Source: Candidatus Heimdallarchaeota archaeon (GTDB taxonomy: Archaea > Asgardarchaeota > Heimdallarchaeia > Heimdallarchaeales > Heimdallarchaeaceae). From it: a DNA stretch of 21,852 nt. Position 1 is the stretch's first letter. The number at the start of each line of letters is the position of its first letter. A model generated the notes under the pieces. It was given only the letters and a program-made list of their open reading frames with translations, searched no databases and was not told the origin of the DNA. The position numbers and the translations under genes were made by a program. Below, in pieces: positions 16,150 through 21,852 of the stretch. The stretch is taken from assembly GCA_021399395.1 (NCBI GenBank), contig JAAFKJ010000170.1, forward strand, positions 1 through 21,852, read 5' to 3'.

Positions 16150-17433
16150 ATGTCTGAAAAAGAAACCACCGATAATAACGGCAATCATGTTGAGTTGTCC
16201 AAGGAGCTGGGTCTAAAAGAAGCTCTAGGTATAGCTGTCGGTGCACTTATTGGTGGTGGAGTTTTCAGCGTTCTTGGACTCGTAATAAATAACTCTGGAC
16301 CCGCAGCTTTCTTGTCATTTTTGCTAGCAGGAATTGTTAGTTCATTTACAGCTTTCAGTTATGTTCGTTTAGCTCTAAAATATCCAAAGGCAGGAGGAGC
16401 TTTTATCTATGTTCAAGAAGCTTTCAATAAGAAATGGTTATCAGGTACCTTAGGAATAGTTCTATGGTTTGGTTATAGTTTTTCAGTTAGTTTGTATGCT
16501 ATGACTTTTGGCAGATACCTTGGAGAGGTCATTCCAATTGCAGAAGGTGTTGAATTATTTGCAGGAACTTCATATGCTGTTTCAATAAGTGCATTTATCT
16601 TTCAGTTCATCAGTGTTCTACTTTTTGTTGGTATAAATCTTCTAGGAGTTAAAGAATCAACACGAGCACAGAATATCCTTGTTTTAACAAAGGTAGCAAT
16701 TCTGGTACTTTATATCATCGTAGGCATTACAGCAACTCAAAAATCTAATTTCGAAGGATTTTTCGATAAGGGGTTTTTCCCCATAGTCTCAAGTTCTGTA
16801 CTCATTTTTGTTTCTATGGAGGGATTTGAGATTTTATCTAACTCTGTAGAAGAGATGAAAAATCCAAAAAGAGATCTTCCTGTAGGTATGTTTCTTTCAA
16901 TTATTATTGTAATGGTTCTATATGTCGCAGTAGCTATTGTAACAGTAGGAGTTTTAGGAACAAAAGGTGTAGCAGGATTTAAAGAAGTGATTTTATCTGA
17001 ATCAGCTTCGAGGTTCTTAGGAACGGCAGGAATTGGGATAATGGTTTTTGCAGCAATCGTTTCTGCTGCTTCAGCAATCAATGCAACTCTATTAGGATCA
17101 TCTAGACTATCATACATGCTTTCTCATGAGGGAATAATTCCAAAAGCTATGGCAAAAATAAATCATAAAACCAGAGTACCTGCAAGAGCAATAGCAATTT
17201 CTGGTATTTTGAGTATAGTTTTTGTACTTGCATTCAACATAGAGATTGTAGCCTTAGCTGCAAGTATTATCTTTATGTTTATCTTTGGAGCTGTTAATCT
17301 ATCAGGTATCAAATTATTAGAAGGAAAGAAAAAAATACCAAGTATAATTGGAGTTATTCTTATAGTACTTTACCTGATTGTTTGGATAATAAGTTTCTTT
17401 GAACTCTACCCATTCTCCTCTCTTATTTTCTAA
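16150..17433 (+). CDS. APC-superfamily amino acid permease
   Basis: LSKELGL, VGALIGGGVFS, GPAAFLSF, PKAGGAFIYV, GFE..SNSVEEMKNPKRDLP and SRLSYMLS motifs; about 12 TM helices. Confidence 0.95.
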   Translation: MSEKETTDNNGNHVELSKELGLKEALGIAVGALIGGGVFSVLGLVINNSGPAAFLSFLLAGIVSSFTAFSYVRLALKYPKAGGAFIYVQEAFNKKWLSGTLGIVLWFGYSFSVSLYAMTFGRYLGEVIPIAEGVELFAGTSYAVSISAFIFQFISVLLFVGINLLGVKESTRAQNILVLTKVAILVLYIIVGITATQKSNFEGFFDKGFFPIVSSSVLIFVSMEGFEILSNSVEEMKNPKRDLPVGMFLSIIIVMVLYVAVAIVTVGVLGTKGVAGFKEVILSESASRFLGTAGIGIMVFAAIVSAASAINATLLGSSRLSYMLSHEGIIPKAMAKINHKTRVPARAIAISGILSIVFVLAFNIEIVALAASIIFMFIFGAVNLSGIKLLEGKKKIPSIIGVILIVLYLIVWIISFFELYPFSSLIF

Positions 17434-17453
17434 CCTACTACATGACAAATATC

Positions 17454-17462
17454 TTTTATAAA
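17454..17462 (+). promoter_or_regulatory. Putative TATA box for dinB-TIGR04076-mocA-xdh operon
   Basis: TTTTATAAA 22-30 nt upstream of ATG 17484. Confidence 0.5.
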
Positions 17463-17483
17463 GTGATTTCATGATGTTAAACT

Positions 17484-17990
17484 ATGTATCGTTTAATTGA
17501 TTTATATAATGCAACAGAAAAAGAAAGAAATCGGTTCTTCTTGCTGTTTAAGGAGCTCGATGAAGATGTTTGGCATACTAAATTAGAAGAAAAACTATGG
17601 TCTTCCGAAAATATTTTCAGACATTTACTCGCTTCATTATTGTGGTTGCATAAGATTGTTCCAGATGTTGAAATAGAAGATAGCCCTTTAGGGATTCAAT
17701 ATGGGCAAGAACCTGAAGGTAAATACTCTATAGAAGAAGTAGAAAAGGAATTTTCCAGAGTATCTTCCCAGATTAAGATAGGGATTAAGCAATTATCTGA
17801 AGAACAAGAAGATGAAGAAATAGAATCAATGTTTGGAATGACCCCTAGATCGCATCTTATCGCAGGACTCATGATGCATGAACAAAATCATTTTGGTCAA
17901 GTTACCTATAATATCAAGAGAGCTACTGGTTATAGTGATCAAGAACTTAGAGAAAAATTATTCGCTGCTATGAAGAAAGAAGGGAGTTAA
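17484..17990 (+). CDS. DinB/YfiT-like four-helix-bundle metalloprotein
   Basis: WSSENIFRHL and MHEQNHFGQV supply the three-His metal site of the DinB superfamily. Confidence 0.9.
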   Translation: MYRLIDLYNATEKERNRFFLLFKELDEDVWHTKLEEKLWSSENIFRHLLASLLWLHKIVPDVEIEDSPLGIQYGQEPEGKYSIEEVEKEFSRVSSQIKIGIKQLSEEQEDEEIESMFGMTPRSHLIAGLMMHEQNHFGQVTYNIKRATGYSDQELREKLFAAMKKEGS

Positions 17991-17991
17991 A

Positions 17992-18255
17992 ATGTCAGAA
18001 GATAAGAAAGTCACAATTGAAGTTGTTGATATTCAAGAAGCTGGAACGTGTAATTTTGGCCACAAAGTAGGTGATAAGTTCAGTTATCCAGAAGATCGAG
18101 GAAATATTTGTTCTGCAGCTTTTCATGTAATCTATCCTTATGCTATGGCGATTAGGATGGGGGCGAGTTTTCCCTGGGAAGAAGAATCGGAAACAGTTAC
18201 AATTTGCTGTCCTGATTACAAAAATCCTGTTGTATTCAAAATTACAAAAGAATAA
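17992..18255 (+). CDS. TIGR04076-family small Cys-rich protein
   Basis: GTCNFGHKVGDKF, ICSAAFHVIYPY, FPW and CCPDYKNPVVFKI match this uncharacterised family. Confidence 0.85.
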   Translation: MSEDKKVTIEVVDIQEAGTCNFGHKVGDKFSYPEDRGNICSAAFHVIYPYAMAIRMGASFPWEEESETVTICCPDYKNPVVFKITKE

Positions 18256-18260
18256 TATCA

Positions 18261-18893
18261 ATGGTTTTACTTATGAATGAGAATTTCAAACACATACCAG
18301 TAATTGTTTTGGCAGCTGGAGATTCTAAACGCATGGGGAGTCCTAAAGGTCTTCTAAACTATAAAGGAAAACCATTCATATCATTACAGATTGAACACTT
18401 ACAGGATATCGGTTTCTCCGAAATAATTATTGTATTAGGTAAAGCAAGAGACATCTACTTGGATAAAATACCAGAACTCAAAGATTTCAAATTGGTAACA
18501 AATGCACTTCCTGAAAGAGGGGCATTTTCTTCTATTCTATGTGGTTTATCAAAAATTTCAGACTTAAACCGAATTGGAGCTTTCATCCTACCAGTTGATG
18601 TTCCTTGTCCTGAAAAAGATGTATGGGTACAATTAATAGAAGGTTTAAGGACTTCAGAAGCCAATGTAACAATTCCATCATTTGAGGGTAAAAAAGGTCA
18701 TCCTGTTTTTCTATCAGCAGAATTTATCGATTATCTACTCACTTGTAGTTCAGATTCTCGTCTAGATTTTGAAATTCATAAACAAATAAACCAACAAAAA
18801 GCAAAGATTATATCTGTAAAGGATTTAAATATTACACTCAACCTCAATACAATTGAAGAATGGGAAGCATTTAAGGTGAAAGAATGGAAGTAA
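18261..18893 (+). CDS. mocA: Molybdenum cofactor cytidylyltransferase (MocA-like NTP transferase)
   Basis: IVLAAGDSKRMGSPKGLL, SSILCGL, LPVDVP, GKKGHPV and NLNT motifs. It is adjacent to an XDH-family enzyme, which uses MCD. Confidence 0.8.
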   Translation: MVLLMNENFKHIPVIVLAAGDSKRMGSPKGLLNYKGKPFISLQIEHLQDIGFSEIIIVLGKARDIYLDKIPELKDFKLVTNALPERGAFSSILCGLSKISDLNRIGAFILPVDVPCPEKDVWVQLIEGLRTSEANVTIPSFEGKKGHPVFLSAEFIDYLLTCSSDSRLDFEIHKQINQQKAKIISVKDLNITLNLNTIEEWEAFKVKEWK

Positions 18894-21517
18894 CATTTAC
18901 TCTTAATGGAGAACAAATTACAGCTGATTATGAAGAAGGAATGAGTGTACTAGAAGTTCTAAGAGAAGTATGTTTGATAAAGAGTTGTAAGGATGGGTGC
19001 TCTGGTCAAGGATCTTGTGGAGCATGTACCGTTCTAATAGATGGGAGAACAATGCTTTCTTGTAGATTGAAACCTGCATCCATTGAAGGCAAAGAGGTTA
19101 TCACAGTTGAGGGATTAAAGAAAGAAGAACAAGAGATAATATCAAAATCATTAGTTAAAGAAGGAGGAATCCAATGCGGATTCTGTACTCCTGGAATTGT
19201 TATGAGAATTAAAGGGTTCCTTGATTCGCATCCCACCTCAACTAGAGAAGAAAAAGCAAAAGCAATCTCGATAAATATTTGTCGATGTACAGGTTATCAG
19301 AGGATCTTAGACGCTATGGAAACAGCTGAAGAATATTGGCAAACTAAAGACACTAATATTTCTGGTCCTCCAAGAAGAAATCAGCTTTTTGGAGAACAAT
19401 ACGGACTCAAAAGAGAATACACTCCTAAAGAAGATGGTGTTGGATCAAGTGTTGCTCGCTACAGAGGGATCGATATGGCTCTTGGCAGGAAACCTTACAT
19501 TGGAGATATGGAAGTAGATGAGATGCTTCATGGTGCGTTTCTACTGAGCGAGCATCCCAGAGCCAAAGTGATTAAAATCAACGCTTTAGATGCAGAAAAC
19601 GCTAAAGGTGTTGTAAGAATTCTTACAGCAAAAGATGTTCCAGGAAAACGAACAATCGGACATATTATTCCCGATTGGCCTATATTCATTAATGAAGGTG
19701 AAACAACCAATTATGTTGGTGATGTTTTAGCAATGGTTGTTGCTGATTCTATGATACATGCTAGAGCAGCTGTAGAGAAAATCAAAGTAGATTATGAGGT
19801 TCTAGAACCTATTATTAGTCCCGAAAGTGCTCTTTCTTCAGAAACTGTAAAATTACATGAAAAAGGCAATTTACTAGGCCACACCTTTTTTGGTAGAGGA
19901 AATGTCCCAGAGGCATTGAACAGTTCTAAATATGTTATCAAACAACGATTCAAAACTCAGAGAATAGAGCATGCTTTTATGGAAGTTGAAAGCTCACTTG
20001 CTATGCCAACAAAGAAAGGTGTTCATGTCTATAGTCAGGGTCAAGGGATTCATGAGGATCAACGTCAGATTGCTGAAGTGTTAGGATTAGATATTGAGGA
20101 CGTCATCGTTGAGCTTGTATCAAATGGAGGGGCATTTGGAGGTAAAGAGGATCTTTCTTGTCAAGCTCAAACAGCTGTTGCAGCATTTGTTCTGAAGAAA
20201 CCTGTTAAGACAGTTCTTACAAGAAGTCAATCTCTTAGAATGCATCCTAAAAGACATCCAATGACGATGGATTATGAGGTTGGAGCAGATGAAAATGGAA
20301 AGATAACAGCTGTAAAATTACAACTAATTGCAGACAGTGGTGCTTACGCTTCAGTCGGCGCTAAAGTTGCTGAACGTGCAGCTGGGCACTGTTGTGGTCC
20401 ATACTATGTTCCAAATATTGATGTAGACGCAAAAGCAGTTTACACTAATAATATACCATGTGGAGCGATGAGAGGATTTGGTGTAAACCAAACATCATTT
20501 GCGATTGAAACATGTCTCAACATGATAGTTGAGGAAATGAGAGAGGAAGGAAAAGATATTGATGAGTTTGACATCAGAGAACGAAATATATTGAAGGATG
20601 GACAAAGATTTGCAACTGGTCAGATAATGACTAAGACTGTTGTAGGAATGCAAATGTGTCTTGATGCTGTTAAAGATGTGTATAAAAATTCCAAAGTGCC
20701 AACAGGTATTGCTTGTGGAATTAAGAACACAGGAATTGGAAACGGACTTGAGGATACAGGAAGAGTACTCATCAAAGTGTTGGAAAATGAGAAGTTAGAG
20801 ATACTTACAGGTTTTACTGAAATGGGTCAGGGATTATTTACAATCTTAACACAGGTTGTTTCTGAATTAACAGATATATCTCCTTCTCGGATGGATGTAA
20901 AATCTATCAGTTATCCAACAACCAAATGTGGGATGACAACTGCTTCTAGAGCAACAGGTTTGGATACAATGGCAGCGAAGCATGCATCTGAGAAATTAGC
21001 AAAAGCATTACAATCAAAATCACTGAAGGATTTGGTTGGTGAAGAATTCCATGGAGAGTATATCACAAAATTCACTGTCAAACCTGGAACAAAAATTGAC
21101 AATCCTGTTACGCATCTAGCTTTCAGTTATGCAGTTCAAATGGCTTTTCTTGATGAAAATGGTTCTCTTAAAAAAATCATTGCAGCTCATGATGTGGGCA
21201 AAGCGATCAACCCAATGGCAGTTGCCGGACAGATAGAAGGAGGTGTGCATATGGGGCTTGGTCACACTCTTTCAGAAAATTTCCCAACAACTAATGGAAT
21301 TCCAGATTCTTTGAAATTCAAAGATTTACAAATTGTAAAAGCTAAAGACACCCCAGAAGTTGAAGTTATTATCATTGAGGAACCCGAAGATGTTTTAGGT
21401 TTTGGCTCTAAAGGAATCGGGGAGATTGGATTAGTACCTACTGCTGGAGCAGTTTCTGGAGCTTATCATCAGTTTGATGGTAAATGGAGATTTGAACTTC
21501 CTATTGCGAGAAAATAG
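18884..21517 (+). CDS. xdh: Xanthine dehydrogenase-family molybdoenzyme with fused 2x[2Fe-2S] domain (selenium-dependent XDH-like)
   Basis: GCSGQGSCGACTVL..SC, QCGFCTPG and ICRCTGY (Fe-S). GGAFGGKED, GAMRGFG, EMGQG, TTASR, GQIEGG and SKGIGE (Mo domain with catalytic Glu). GIACGIKNTGIG resembles the Se-dependent XDH subfamily. No FAD domain. Overlaps mocA by 10 bp. Confidence 0.9.
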   Translation: MEVTFTLNGEQITADYEEGMSVLEVLREVCLIKSCKDGCSGQGSCGACTVLIDGRTMLSCRLKPASIEGKEVITVEGLKKEEQEIISKSLVKEGGIQCGFCTPGIVMRIKGFLDSHPTSTREEKAKAISINICRCTGYQRILDAMETAEEYWQTKDTNISGPPRRNQLFGEQYGLKREYTPKEDGVGSSVARYRGIDMALGRKPYIGDMEVDEMLHGAFLLSEHPRAKVIKINALDAENAKGVVRILTAKDVPGKRTIGHIIPDWPIFINEGETTNYVGDVLAMVVADSMIHARAAVEKIKVDYEVLEPIISPESALSSETVKLHEKGNLLGHTFFGRGNVPEALNSSKYVIKQRFKTQRIEHAFMEVESSLAMPTKKGVHVYSQGQGIHEDQRQIAEVLGLDIEDVIVELVSNGGAFGGKEDLSCQAQTAVAAFVLKKPVKTVLTRSQSLRMHPKRHPMTMDYEVGADENGKITAVKLQLIADSGAYASVGAKVAERAAGHCCGPYYVPNIDVDAKAVYTNNIPCGAMRGFGVNQTSFAIETCLNMIVEEMREEGKDIDEFDIRERNILKDGQRFATGQIMTKTVVGMQMCLDAVKDVYKNSKVPTGIACGIKNTGIGNGLEDTGRVLIKVLENEKLEILTGFTEMGQGLFTILTQVVSELTDISPSRMDVKSISYPTTKCGMTTASRATGLDTMAAKHASEKLAKALQSKSLKDLVGEEFHGEYITKFTVKPGTKIDNPVTHLAFSYAVQMAFLDENGSLKKIIAAHDVGKAINPMAVAGQIEGGVHMGLGHTLSENFPTTNGIPDSLKFKDLQIVKAKDTPEVEVIIIEEPEDVLGFGSKGIGEIGLVPTAGAVSGAYHQFDGKWRFELPIARK

Positions 21518-21664
21518 AAGAGTAAATCAAAATGCATTCTAATTCTTCATTCTTGATGACAAGGATTATATCTTGGTAGTGTGTAAAAATAATAAGAACT
21601 GCAAAGCAATTATATTGTAGGGTTCTTAAAGATATCAGAATTTATCCCTCCTCAAATAAACTTC

Positions 21665-21852
21665 ATGGGAGATAAAGAAATGCCAATCCAATCTTCTGTT
21701 GAAATAATCGATGTTACTGAAGACCCCAAGTACGAGCGATTTCTCTATTGGTGTATATTTCATACCAAGAAAGAATTCATTGGAAAATCCATTCACAAAA
21801 CGTATAAGCATCGCTATGAATATCTGAAGACCATGATTCCAAAAGGTTTTCG
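21665..21852 (+). CDS. 3'-truncated ORF, probably GNAT/YoaP-like acetyltransferase N-terminus
   Basis: Open frame from ATG 21665 (or 21680, preceded by GGGAGA) to the window end: MGDKEMPIQSSVEIIDVTEDPKYERFLYWCIF...YEYLKTMIPKGF. The family call rests on remembered similarity only. Confidence 0.55.
   Translation, partial: MGDKEMPIQSSVEIIDVTEDPKYERFLYWCIFHTKKEFIGKSIHKTYKHRYEYLKTMIPKGF

Noticed and set aside
209-21102. Short antisense or alternate-frame ORFs in the track (e.g. 209..430, 858..1061, 1030..1314, 4204..4491, 6317..6589, 7437..7784, 9169..9522, 11691..12023, 13650..13883, 16737..17117, 17995..18261, 19006..19236, 20911..21102)
   Set aside because: All lie within well-supported genes and show no motifs. 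They are shadow ORFs.
21593-21628. Hairpin TAAGAAC..GTTCTTA downstream of xdh as a SECIS element
   Set aside because: xdh has no in-frame UGA, Se-dependent XDHs use non-Sec selenium, and no correctly spaced AUGA/AA/GA core is present. It is at most a terminator or stability hairpin.

Overview
AT-rich, gene-dense archaeal DNA. It most likely comes from an Asgard archaeon (possibly Heimdallarchaeia). This is inferred from an unprenylated Rab-like GTPase, a longin/roadblock protein, an archaea-specific SF2 helicase, a short archaeal PurA and TATA/BRE promoters about 20-35 nt upstream of start codons. Ordinary genes include citG-like, bifunctional nnr, degV, an MBL-fold hydrolase, purA, a tandem USP, an APC permease and a dinB/TIGR04076/mocA/Se-dependent-XDH-like operon. 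The most notable elements are eukaryote-like proteins recognised by eye. First, an IFT52-like GIFT-domain gene sits 5 bp upstream of a longin+roadblock+roadblock protein with the layout of Mon1/Fuzzy tri-longin Rab GEFs, downstream of a multipass TM-TPR gene. Second, a CCDC47 (PAT complex, DUF1682)-like single-pass protein lies next to the Rab-like GTPase. Third, an AN1 zinc finger is fused to a site-2 (M50) protease fold that has lost its catalytic residues. No rRNA, tRNA, CRISPR array or mobile element was seen. All family calls come from motifs and remembered sequences, not from database searches.
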